NCBI GenBank assembly: GCA_024281995.1
Contig: JAMWZW010000008.1
Location: forward strand, 29,806-93,805
From: Nitrosomonas sp.
GTDB lineage: Bacteria; Pseudomonadota; Gammaproteobacteria; Burkholderiales; Nitrosomonadaceae
DNA: 64,000 nt
Direction: 5' to 3'
Shown here piece after piece: positions 30,230-39,069 of this stretch (position 1 is its first letter; every line of letters starts with the position of its first letter). The position numbers and the translations under genes are program-made. A model generated the notes under the pieces. The model had not been told where the DNA came from. It worked only from the letters and a program-made list of their open reading frames with translations, and did no database searches.

Positions 30230-31597
30230 TTAACCTATTTGTATCTCTGCATTAGCGTATTTAATATGCTTTTTCTTTGGAGTAGCCAGAAAATAGGCAA
30301 AAGTCAGTGGCCCTACGCGACCGACTATCATTAAAAATATAATGACAATCTCTCCTCCCGTACTTAACTGAGTTGTTAATCCCCTGGACAAGCCAACTGT
30401 GCTCAGTGCAGATACTACCTCGAAAACGATATCAATGAATGGAGCTTTCTCAGTTACAGTCAGGAAAAAGATTCCAATGAAGATCATGATAATAGATACA
30501 GTAGTTAATGCCAATGCTTTCATTACTTGTGATTGAGGAATAGTTCGTTGCAGTACTACGACATCATCCCGGCGGCGGAGGAAAGTATAGGTAGCCATGA
30601 TTAAAACCACGAAAGTGCCTAATTTAAGCCCGCTGGCGGTACTTAATGAACCTCCTCCGATAAACATCAATAAGATTATCAGGGTTGTTGTGGCATCGGT
30701 AAGTTCTTCTATAGCCAATGTATTGAAACCAGCCGTTCGCGGCGTAACGGCCTGAAACCAGGCAGCAATCACCTGATCTCCAAGCGATAGTGGGCCTAAT
30801 GTCGCAGGATTCTGTACTTCCAGAATCCAAATAAGTACAAAAGCACATAAATTAATGATCAATGTGCTAATCAATACAATTTTGCTGTTAACGCTCAATT
30901 TATGCCAGCTTTTTTGTGTTCTTAAGTCAATTAATACCAGAAAACCGATACCGCCGATAATAAAAAGCGTTGTGATGATAATATTAACGGGTAAATTGCT
31001 GGCAAAGGGCATCAGGCTGTTACTATTTAGGGCAAAACCAGCGTTATTAAATGCGGAAATCGTATAAAAGAATGCTTGATAGACAGCCGTGGTAAAACCC
31101 AAATCGTTTAACCATGTGGCAGTTAGTAATAAGAATCCGGCCAGTTCTATGAATAACGAATAAATTAAGACATATTTTGCCGTGTGGGCGACTTTTTCCA
31201 AGCTGGTTTGATTAAAGGCTTCCCGTGCAATCATTTGTTGCCCAATACCAAATCTGGCACCCAAACTTAATGCCGCAACAACCGCAAAGGTCATGAAGCT
31301 TAATCCACCGGTTTGAATTAATAGGGCAATAATAATTTGGCCGAACAAAGTAAAATGAGTACCCGTATCGACAACTGCCAAACCGGTAACTGTAACCGCT
31401 GAAGTTGCGGTAAAAATGGATTGTAGCCAGCTAATCTCGCTATGCGTTGCAAACGGTAGCTTTAGTAACAAAGATCCAAGTATAATCAACAAAATAAATC
31501 CCAGGAAAAGTACAGTCGGGGGATTGATATTCAATGTGGTGGTTTTTGGCAGGGTTACTCGTTTGTAAGGTAGAACACGGGGATCCCATAATTTCAT
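30230..31597 (-). CDS. ktrB: Ktr/Trk potassium uptake membrane subunit
   Basis: Four pore-loop Gly motifs: SAVTVTGL, SAFNNAGF, PRTAGFN, SALSTVGLS. Confidence 0.9.
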   Translation of the reverse strand: MKLWDPRVLPYKRVTLPKTTTLNINPPTVLFLGFILLIILGSLLLKLPFATHSEISWLQSIFTATSAVTVTGLAVVDTGTHFTLFGQIIIALLIQTGGLSFMTFAVVAALSLGARFGIGQQMIAREAFNQTSLEKVAHTAKYVLIYSLFIELAGFLLLTATWLNDLGFTTAVYQAFFYTISAFNNAGFALNSNSLMPFASNLPVNIIITTLFIIGGIGFLVLIDLRTQKSWHKLSVNSKIVLISTLIINLCAFVLIWILEVQNPATLGPLSLGDQVIAAWFQAVTPRTAGFNTLAIEELTDATTTLIILLMFIGGGSLSTASGLKLGTFVVLIMATYTFLRRRDDVVVLQRTIPQSQVMKALALTTVSIIMIFIGIFFLTVTEKAPFIDIVFEVVSALSTVGLSRGLTTQLSTGGEIVIIFLMIVGRVGPLTFAYFLATPKKKHIKYANAEIQIG

Positions 31598-31599
31598 AA

Positions 31600-32253
31600 T
31601 TACGCCAGCCTGGGAGCAATCGTTTTAAGTATGTTTAAAGTACCGGCTAATACCAGTGAGTCGCCTGATTCTAAAACAAAGTCCAATTTAACCGGTGTGA
31701 AGATATCTTTATTACGCTGCACCAAAAGCGGCTTTATCGAATGCTCCGTTTCTTTTAATAGCTCTTCGATTGCAATGCCTTGACACTTATCGGTTATCGT
31801 AATTTCAACCACATATAAATTGTAACCTATCGCCATATATTGGTTTACCATAGGGTAATTAAGCGATTGTGCTACTTTCATGCCCATTTCTTCTTCGGGA
31901 TGAATAATTCGGGAAACACCGATTCGAGAGAGAATCGTGTGGTGTGGTCGTGAAGTTGCTTTGACCCAGATTTCCTTGATATTCATGCTCTTGAGTTGCA
32001 GAACGCACAATATGCTGGCTTCCAGGCTTTCCCCGATTGCAACAAGAACAGCATCGCAGGCCGTAATATTCAGATCCTTAAGTGCGTGTTCATCCGTTGC
32101 ATCTGCTATTGCTGCAAGGGTTAATTGATCTGCCATTTGATTTATAATTTTCGGGTTAATATCCACCCCGATTACCGAGTGACCGAGACGCATCAATTCT
32201 AATGATGCTGCAGATCCAAACCGGCCTAGGCCTATTACTGCAAATTGCCCCAT
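31600..32253 (-). CDS. ktrA: Ktr/Trk potassium uptake RCK regulatory subunit
   Basis: VIGLGRFG Rossmann motif, DATDE, IIHPEEEMG. Confidence 0.9.
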   Translation of the reverse strand: MGQFAVIGLGRFGSAASLELMRLGHSVIGVDINPKIINQMADQLTLAAIADATDEHALKDLNITACDAVLVAIGESLEASILCVLQLKSMNIKEIWVKATSRPHHTILSRIGVSRIIHPEEEMGMKVAQSLNYPMVNQYMAIGYNLYVVEITITDKCQGIAIEELLKETEHSIKPLLVQRNKDIFTPVKLDFVLESGDSLVLAGTLNILKTIAPRLA

Positions 32254-32312
32254 TTCATTTCCGCCTTCGTTTTAAAAGATGATTGTTGCAAAGCTGCACT
32301 GGCAAGTCTCAA

Positions 32313-33374
32313 TCAGAAAGTTTTGCGCAACCATAAATAGGCTAAAAGAATCATGATGAGGCCAGGTACCAGCGCGATGAGTGCAGGGTTTAAGTCTAAT
32401 ATGAGTCCGACATTGGCGATAATTTGATCGAGTAAATAAACAGCAATACCAATGAGCGCAGCAAATACTAGTTTATTGCTCAAACCGGCGCGTATTGATC
32501 CAAAGACAAATGGAATCGATAGCAGCAGCATGGCGATCGTCATGAGTGCGCTACCTGCCTTACGCCATAGCGTTAACGCATAGGATTTTGCATCCTGACC
32601 GGTACTGCGTAAGAATTCTACATGCCGTGCCAATTCGAATGGAGATAGGCTTTCAGGCGGTTTGGTCAGGGTAGCAATGTCCTCCGGATTAAGAAAAGAC
32701 TGCCACTGTAATGAGTGGTGGCGAGTTGCTGAAATGCTATCCGTGGTAAAACTTCTTGTGATGACATTACTCAATTCCCACACATTGTTATCGGTAATGT
32801 CGGCATACTGCGCCTGGGTGTGCGTATTCAAAAAACCATCTTGGTCCAGTTGCAGAATTTCAATATCGGCGGCCTTTTGAGCATGTATCATTTGACCAAT
32901 ACGTAGAATATTGTGTTCGTTGCGCGTCCAGATTCCAAGGTTTCTGCCTAATTCGGCACTAAGCCCCAGTGCAATTGCACGATTCGTGATGGCGTGTTGC
33001 TGTAATTGTGGTGCTACAAAGTGTTCGAGCGTGGTTACGAATAGCAGCAGGAGAATACCAATCGTCAAAGATACGAAACTGATGCGAGTAGGTGATAATC
33101 CCGCAACCCGCATGGCAATTAATTCTGAGTGCACAGCCAGTTTACCTAGCGCTATAACAGTTCCTAATAAGGCTACAAAAGGAGCGATTTGAATAAATCT
33201 TCGCGGTAGTAACAGGGCGGTGTATAAGAACGCATCTGTGACGTGATAAGTGCCTTTGCCGACATCATCCAGTTGATCCAGTAAATCAAAGAAGCTGAAT
33301 AAAGGAAGCAAAACCGCGGTTGCAATGGTGAAACCGATCGCTACTTGATATGCGATATAGCGGTAAATAATCAT
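32313..33374 (-). CDS. lptG: LptG-family permease (paralog in the sphingolipid cluster)
   Basis: MIIYRYIA start at 33374 overlaps the lptF stop (ATGA); SELIAMRVAGLS motif; six-TM layout. The ORF-track start at 33494 is an out-of-gene extension. Confidence 0.85.
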   Translation of the reverse strand: MIIYRYIAYQVAIGFTIATAVLLPLFSFFDLLDQLDDVGKGTYHVTDAFLYTALLLPRRFIQIAPFVALLGTVIALGKLAVHSELIAMRVAGLSPTRISFVSLTIGILLLLFVTTLEHFVAPQLQQHAITNRAIALGLSAELGRNLGIWTRNEHNILRIGQMIHAQKAADIEILQLDQDGFLNTHTQAQYADITDNNVWELSNVITRSFTTDSISATRHHSLQWQSFLNPEDIATLTKPPESLSPFELARHVEFLRSTGQDAKSYALTLWRKAGSALMTIAMLLLSIPFVFGSIRAGLSNKLVFAALIGIAVYLLDQIIANVGLILDLNPALIALVPGLIMILLAYLWLRKTF

Positions 33375-34450
33375 CGCTGGTGGGAAAATTGTTTTTGCCG
33401 TGCCAGTAATGCATAGATGACCAATCCACATATCATGATCAGCTCCAGCCACCAAACACCCGGTATCGTTCCAATGGTGCCTTGCTCCACCCAATTTTTA
33501 GCGAGCCCAGCGAGATTATAATAGGCAGCAAAAACCAGGGCCGCGATCAAATAAGTGCGGTCGGTTTTATCATGGCGCGGCGTGGTGCGGATAAACGTCA
33601 TCGCAATAAGGGCGAGCAGGATGGTGGTCAGTGGGCGTGAAATACGCCATTGTAATTCTGCGATATCCCTTAGTTGATCGGATTCCCAAAGAGTTCTTGT
33701 GGCTGCTGATTTGCGCCGGTAGTTAAGGGCGAAATCGTTATCATAAAAATACGTCATATTTTTAAACTGAATGACATCATCAATAGTGGCTGTACCGCTT
33801 AATTTATAAACTATTCCTTCGGATAGTTGGATACGCGGCCGCGGTTCTTCCGCTGTGGGTTGAATCTGGCTGGCTTGCTTGGCAATTACGATTTCGCTAC
33901 CTTCGGATTTCCTGATATATTGAAAAATATCCTCCATTTGTTTGTCGATGTCATTTTTGTTGCGGACATAGATGACTCTACCTGTTTTTTCGCTGCCGTA
34001 AAATCGCCCGACTTGGAAGCGGTTGGTATTGAGCTCGGCTTCCGCTTGTGCATCGAGAATATAGCTCTCTCCATAAGCCCAAGGACGGACATACGATGAT
34101 AGGATGCCGCTGACGATACCGACGGGTATCGCTACCGCTAATACGGCTAATACAATGCGCGTATGGCTAATGCCCATAAAGCGGATGACATTTAATTCCT
34201 GATCTTTGTTAAGTCTACCAAGGCCGATAATTACTGATATATATAGTGCAATGGGGATGAGTACTTCTAGTGCAATCAACGTTTTCAGAAACACAAGTTG
34301 GAGCAGGGCAACAATTCCCAATGTTTCAGTAACGGCGCCCGCCAGTAGGCGAGCACTGCTGAAGCTGGCGAATAAACTAACCAGGATTAGGATGACTACC
34401 GTGAATGGCAGCAATATTTCACGAGCAATATACCGTTCTACTAATTTCAT
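33371..34450 (-). CDS. lptF: LptF-family permease (paralog in the sphingolipid cluster)
   Basis: MKLVERYIAREI, GRLNKDQEL, AELQWRISRP. Confidence 0.85.
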   Translation of the reverse strand: MKLVERYIAREILLPFTVVILILVSLFASFSSARLLAGAVTETLGIVALLQLVFLKTLIALEVLIPIALYISVIIGLGRLNKDQELNVIRFMGISHTRIVLAVLAVAIPVGIVSGILSSYVRPWAYGESYILDAQAEAELNTNRFQVGRFYGSEKTGRVIYVRNKNDIDKQMEDIFQYIRKSEGSEIVIAKQASQIQPTAEEPRPRIQLSEGIVYKLSGTATIDDVIQFKNMTYFYDNDFALNYRRKSAATRTLWESDQLRDIAELQWRISRPLTTILLALIAMTFIRTTPRHDKTDRTYLIAALVFAAYYNLAGLAKNWVEQGTIGTIPGVWWLELIMICGLVIYALLARQKQFSHQR

Positions 34451-34515
34451 TGAGTTGCTAGATCAGTGCGAGACTGATGACGTTACGGTAATAGGGATTG
34501 GATAGCAGGAGAACA

Positions 34516-35361
34516 TTATTTAACAGATGAATCGTCATTGTAAAAGCCGGATGCTTTTTTATTGAGTATAGACTCAGCCAGCATCAGATCTTCAATTTTA
34601 TCAACATCCACGCCAGCTCGCGGGTCATCCAGCATAATGGCTTGTATTTTTACTCCTGATTTTTCCGAAACAGCTTGTAACGCTTGTCGCAATGTTAACA
34701 ATCTAAACAAGTAGGAAAATACCATTTTAAATCCGAGTACCTGCTTGATTAAGCGCCAAGGGTGCTTACGCAAGTCTTCAGCTTGCCGCCAGAATCTGAC
34801 CAATGCTCTTCCCTGTGAATTAAATGTAAACAAATTACAGCCGCAGAATCCACCATCACTGAGGCGGATAACCGTACGCTTGGAACCGGGAAATGCAGCA
34901 GCAATAACCTGTTGCCGGATTGCACCGACAGTGGCGTCACAGGGTGTTGCCAAAGATGTTCGCAAGAAATTTTGTACAATGCTGGGTGTAAGCAAGGCAT
35001 GATCGGCAGTGGTTAATAATACCGGTGTATCACTGGGTATTTGGCTGAGACCGTTTTCAGCGCTTCGGCTGGGTGAATCCAAATTCGGTAACCAGGTCAC
35101 CTGCCCTGAGGCAATGCGCTGTTTTAATTCGGGGCAATGTACGTGCAGCGCTTCGGGGGGACCACAGAGAATAATGGTAGAAATCAGATCACAGGCTGAT
35201 AGTGCATCCACAACGCGGATAATCATCGGTATGCCACCTACGGATGCAAAAGCTTTACAAGCAGCTCCTGTGTGTTGCGTGATAGGATCCGCGCTGGTGC
35301 GGTCAGCAGCGAGAACCAATGCAGCATATCGTTGCGGTATTTGATGGAATTCATCGTTCAC
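34516..35361 (-). CDS. MobA-like NTP transferase / nucleotidyltransferase
   Basis: ALVLAADR...KAFASVGGIPMI, LLTTADHALL, GVDVDKIEDL. Confidence 0.85.
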   Translation of the reverse strand: MNDEFHQIPQRYAALVLAADRTSADPITQHTGAACKAFASVGGIPMIIRVVDALSACDLISTIILCGPPEALHVHCPELKQRIASGQVTWLPNLDSPSRSAENGLSQIPSDTPVLLTTADHALLTPSIVQNFLRTSLATPCDATVGAIRQQVIAAAFPGSKRTVIRLSDGGFCGCNLFTFNSQGRALVRFWRQAEDLRKHPWRLIKQVLGFKMVFSYLFRLLTLRQALQAVSEKSGVKIQAIMLDDPRAGVDVDKIEDLMLAESILNKKASGFYNDDSSVK

Positions 35362-36509
35362 AGTGTTTTTCCATAGATACGATAACGTTTGTATTGCTTG
35401 CTGCCGATCCTGTCGAGGATACTGCGCATAGCAGCATTATCTTCCAGAATCCATGACATCTCGACTTCTCGAATTCCACGTTTGAGCCCCACTTGTCTTG
35501 GGGCATCGATTACCAGGCATGCGAGTGCCAAACCAATGGGCGTATTGTGAAATTGCTTGCGAACACCCATAAGTGGTATACGGCCTGTGTGTATTTGATT
35601 ATTCCTAATGCTTTGAATGAGTTTAAGCCATCCGAATGGAAATAGACTGCCGTTAAGTTTGATCAAGACTTCGTTGAGATTAGGAAGTCCGACCATAAAA
35701 GCCGCAGGCTTACCATCAACTTCGGCAATTTGAATATATTCATCAGGTAGTAGTAGTCGCAGACTACTGCCTAATTCAGCAAATTCTTCTTGTGTAAACG
35801 GGATAAATCCCCAGTTCTCAGACCAGGCATCATTGAATATATCACGCAAAATTTCCATTTCGTGATCAAACTGATTGCGTTGTAATGTGCGTAATCTGAT
35901 TTGTGAAGAGAACCGATTGATCAGCATTTGCATGACCTTAGGTATTTCAAAATCAACGTTAACTTTATAAGCCAGTAAATCTTTTGCCGGAAAATATCCT
36001 TGTTCTTCAAGCAATCGGTCATACCAGGGTGGTGAGTGCGGCATCATGACGACCGGCGGGGTATCAAAGCCTTCAACCAAAATACCGCATTCCTGATTGA
36101 TGGAAAGATTGAACGGACCAGTGATGCGGCGAATTTGCCGAGAGGCTAGCCATGCTTCTGCATGTAGCATTAACGCAGCGCATACGGCTGAATCGTTGAT
36201 GCATTCGAACAAACCAAAGTGGCCGCTATCTGTGCCATAACGTTCTTGATGCAGTGAGTCGATTTGCGCACTGATTCTTCCAATGGGTTGATCATTTCGA
36301 TAGGCAACCCAGGCCTGCCACTGGCCATGCTTAAAATAAGGATTGAAGCGGGAGAAGTGAAAGCGCCGCTCGAGACGTAAAGGCGGCACCCACATCGGAT
36401 CATTAGCATAGACATGCCAGGGTACATCAATAAATTTCCCCATATCGCGATAAGACATGACCGGACGTACCGTAACTTGGGAGGTGACCGGCTTATCGTG
36501 TTTAGTCAT
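35358..36509 (-). CDS. GNAT-fold protein of the bacterial ceramide synthase (bCerS)-like family
   Basis: DPMWVPPL, GRISAQID, GPFNLSINQECG, KDLLAY, EMSWILEDN..M, Y..YR.Y; neighbours match the Caulobacter sphingolipid locus. Confidence 0.75.
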   Translation of the reverse strand: MTKHDKPVTSQVTVRPVMSYRDMGKFIDVPWHVYANDPMWVPPLRLERRFHFSRFNPYFKHGQWQAWVAYRNDQPIGRISAQIDSLHQERYGTDSGHFGLFECINDSAVCAALMLHAEAWLASRQIRRITGPFNLSINQECGILVEGFDTPPVVMMPHSPPWYDRLLEEQGYFPAKDLLAYKVNVDFEIPKVMQMLINRFSSQIRLRTLQRNQFDHEMEILRDIFNDAWSENWGFIPFTQEEFAELGSSLRLLLPDEYIQIAEVDGKPAAFMVGLPNLNEVLIKLNGSLFPFGWLKLIQSIRNNQIHTGRIPLMGVRKQFHNTPIGLALACLVIDAPRQVGLKRGIREVEMSWILEDNAAMRSILDRIGSKQYKRYRIYGKTL

Positions 36510-36593
36510 AACAAATCAATGGTATTGTTTTGATGATGCGCCGTTAAAATTGATCAGAAACATTTGCCGCTTTATTGGGCGTGCAGATTAATA

Positions 36594-37067
36594 TTATTTA
36601 ATTTCAGTATGTTTCAGTAATTTGGTTACGAGTTGATGAAAAACTTCTTTGGGATCCGGTTCGTGTTGAGCGGATGGATTGGATGCCATAGCATTTTGCT
36701 CAGCAGCAGCAATTTTTTCATCGGTAATATTGCGGCAAAAATCGCGGAAATTATTCCAATCCGTGTTGTATTCGAGTAAATTTTTTTGCGGGATAAAAAC
36801 ACGAAAAACCTCAAAATTTTGATACATTTCCGGCAGCCTGGCCGTAAGGTAATGGTTGATATTTTTTGGCCAGCGTTTATGCTGGGGGTACATGTCGGCC
36901 AATTCAATTTCGATCGTAGCACGAAAATTTTCGATGGCCATAGCACGGCGCTTACGATTAATAATATCCACCATAATGGCTACTATTCCTGCAAAACCCA
37001 ATAAGAAAAAAGGCCACAGCGGAACAGTTTCAAAATATCCTGAGATTTGATCAATATATTCGTTCAA
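36594..37067 (-). CDS. hypothetical protein with N-terminal TM anchor
   Basis: 157-aa ORF with one hydrophobic helix; divergent from the sigma-54 operon. Confidence 0.65.
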   Translation of the reverse strand: MNEYIDQISGYFETVPLWPFFLLGFAGIVAIMVDIINRKRRAMAIENFRATIEIELADMYPQHKRWPKNINHYLTARLPEMYQNFEVFRVFIPQKNLLEYNTDWNNFRDFCRNITDEKIAAAEQNAMASNPSAQHEPDPKEVFHQLVTKLLKHTEIK

Positions 37068-37289
37068 GGTCGTCTCTAATCATTTAATACAAAAGGTAAC
37101 AAAAAATCTGCGCCTGACGCAGCATCGCTGCCGTATCTTGCCATAGTAAAGCGTGTGGATCAATACAGGCTTCTACCTGATTTCTGCTGATAAGCATTCA
37201 CAGAGTAGTTGTCATTTCAAGTCCGGCCAAGAATGTATATCAATGTTTATTAGGAATTAATCACTTTATTCGGAATGACAAATTTCGAA

Positions 37290-37309
37290 TGTTCAAAGAA
37301 TCCTGAACA
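37290..37309. promoter_or_regulatory. candidate enhancer (UAS) palindrome for a sigma-54 activator
   Basis: TGTTCA-N8-TGAACA about 200 nt upstream of the -24 element; a second inverted pair TTGTCATT (37209-37216) / AATGACAA (37274-37281). Confidence 0.35.
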
Positions 37310-37509
37310 ACAAGGATTGTGTCATAGGGAGTCATCATAGAGCCGAAAACTTTTTCGCTCATAACAGGGGATGGACCCGGCTTACCGAAATCAATTTCGT
37401 TAATTTTTTTCCTTCGTTTAATTTATTTCCTTTGAGTTCTAATTTTTTTCACTCATATTTTCAGTGGATTAGATATTTTTTGAACGATATGTTGCAACAT
37501 TTATTTTTT

Positions 37510-37524
37510 TGGCACGCGGCTTGC
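37510..37524 (+). promoter_or_regulatory. sigma-54 (RpoN) -24/-12 promoter
   Basis: TGGCACG-CGGC-TTGC, matching TGGCACG-N4-TTGC with exact GG-N10-GC spacing, about 110 nt upstream of the ATG at 37633. Confidence 0.9.
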
Positions 37525-37632
37525 GTATATCAAGATGAAGGAGATTGGGGGTTACACCGATTGACCTTACAGGAGCGTACAACGCTTATTTAACGCAAGT
37601 ACTTGAATAAAAAAATAGTGGAGGGCTATACC

Positions 37633-38325
37633 ATGTATCAGAGCGAAAATACTTTTGAATTCAATCCGGAAATGAGTGGTTTTGAAGCCGAGCAATATGA
37701 AGGTGAACAGTATGAAGGCGAACAATTTGAGCAATTTGAATATGGCGAAGCGGAGTGGGGGGAAGTATTTAATGAAAGTGAGGTAATGGAACTCACTGCC
37801 GAACTTCTGGAAGTTACCAACGAAGCAGAACTCGACCGTTTTCTGGGTAAATTGATCAAGAAAGCCGGTAGTGCCTTAGGTAAAGTGGTGAAATCCCCCA
37901 TCGGTCAAGCAGTGGGTGGGGTACTCAAGGGCGTCGCCAAAAAAGCATTACCGATTGCTGGTGGTGCGCTGGGTGCTTATTTTGGCGGTCCTCTTGGCGC
38001 CAAGATCGGCAGTGGCTTGGCCTCCGCGGCGGGAAGTGCACTCGGACTTGAACTTGAAGCGCTTAACCAAGAAGATCGCGAATTTGAAGGCGGAAAACAA
38101 TTTGTGCGATTCGCCGCTAATACCGTGAAGAATGCCGTAGCAGCACCACCTGCCGCCAATCCTCGCAGCACCGCGCAAGTGGCTGCTAATAAAGCCGCAC
38201 AAGTCTATGCACCCAATTTATTAGGTTCAGGATCGACATCAACCATGCCATCAGCCATGCCAGGTAAAGGGCGCGGAGGCCGATGGTTCCGGCGTGGCCG
38301 CAACATCATCATTGTCAATTGCTAA
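37633..38325 (+). CDS. charge-segregated glycine-zipper protein 1 (unknown function)
   Basis: ATG at 37633 with GGAGGG RBS; EQYEG repeats, ELTAELLEV..EAELDRFLG, Lys-rich amphipathic and Gly-zipper core, C-terminal GRWFRRG. Confidence 0.85.
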   Translation: MYQSENTFEFNPEMSGFEAEQYEGEQYEGEQFEQFEYGEAEWGEVFNESEVMELTAELLEVTNEAELDRFLGKLIKKAGSALGKVVKSPIGQAVGGVLKGVAKKALPIAGGALGAYFGGPLGAKIGSGLASAAGSALGLELEALNQEDREFEGGKQFVRFAANTVKNAVAAPPAANPRSTAQVAANKAAQVYAPNLLGSGSTSTMPSAMPGKGRGGRWFRRGRNIIIVNC

Positions 38326-38361
38326 GCAGTTTCTATACATATATTTACGAGGAGAACTAAC

Positions 38362-39063
38362 ATGCATGATATTGACCGTACACAACTGGAAAGCAACCCC
38401 GAGCTGGAAAATTATGAACATGAGCAATACGAGTTTGGAGAATACGGCGAATATGGTGAAACCGAATGGGGAGGCGAAACTGGTACTTTTAGCGAAGCGC
38501 AAGCGATGGAATTGGCCGCCGAGTTATTGGAAGTCAGCAGCGAAGAAGAGCTGGACCGGTTCCTGGGCAGTCTTATCAAGAAGGCTGGTCAAGTTGCCGG
38601 GAAGTTTATCAAATCCCCGGTAGGTCAGCAGCTTGGCGGCTTGTTGAAAGGCGCGGCCAAGCAAGCCTTGCCTATGGTGGGTAGTGCCATTGGTGGTTAT
38701 TTTGGCGGTGCGGGCGGTGCCAAAATCGGCAGCCAGGTGGCCTCTACCGCAGGGCGCATTTTTGGTCTGGAGCTGGAAGGACTGAGCCATGAGGATCAGG
38801 AATACGAAGCTGCCAAAAGCTTCGTTCAGTTTGCCGGAACAGCCGCAAAAAATGCAGCACTATCACCGCAGGCAGCCAATCCAAGGGCGGTTGCGCAATC
38901 CGCAGTTGCGGCAGCCGCCCGTCAACTTGCTCCAGGTCTCGTTCGCGGTGCTCCGGCTGCAGCGTTAGTTGCATCGGGCAGCGCGTGCCCTTCCTGCGGA
39001 CGGGGTGCCATGAGCGGCCGCTGGATGCGGCGCGGAAACAAAATCATACTATTTGGAGCTTAG
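38362..39063 (+). CDS. charge-segregated glycine-zipper protein 2 (paralog of protein 1)
   Basis: GGAG RBS; alignable with protein 1 throughout (ELAAELLEVSSEEELDRFLG, GLELEGL..EDQEYE, GRWMRRG). Confidence 0.88.
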   Translation: MHDIDRTQLESNPELENYEHEQYEFGEYGEYGETEWGGETGTFSEAQAMELAAELLEVSSEEELDRFLGSLIKKAGQVAGKFIKSPVGQQLGGLLKGAAKQALPMVGSAIGGYFGGAGGAKIGSQVASTAGRIFGLELEGLSHEDQEYEAAKSFVQFAGTAAKNAALSPQAANPRAVAQSAVAAAARQLAPGLVRGAPAAALVASGSACPSCGRGAMSGRWMRRGNKIILFGA

Positions 39064-39069
39064 CCTATC

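Noticed and set aside
33375-33494. Extended N-termini in the ORF track for lptG (33494), the DUF2959-like gene (26930), ssb (61486) and protein 1 (37603)
   Set aside because: Downstream ATGs have better RBS, stop-start coupling or family-typical N-termini.
37380-37500. IHF site between the candidate enhancer and the sigma-54 promoter
   Set aside because: The region is AT-rich, but the best candidate (AATCAATTTCGTT) does not fit WATCAA-N4-TTR.
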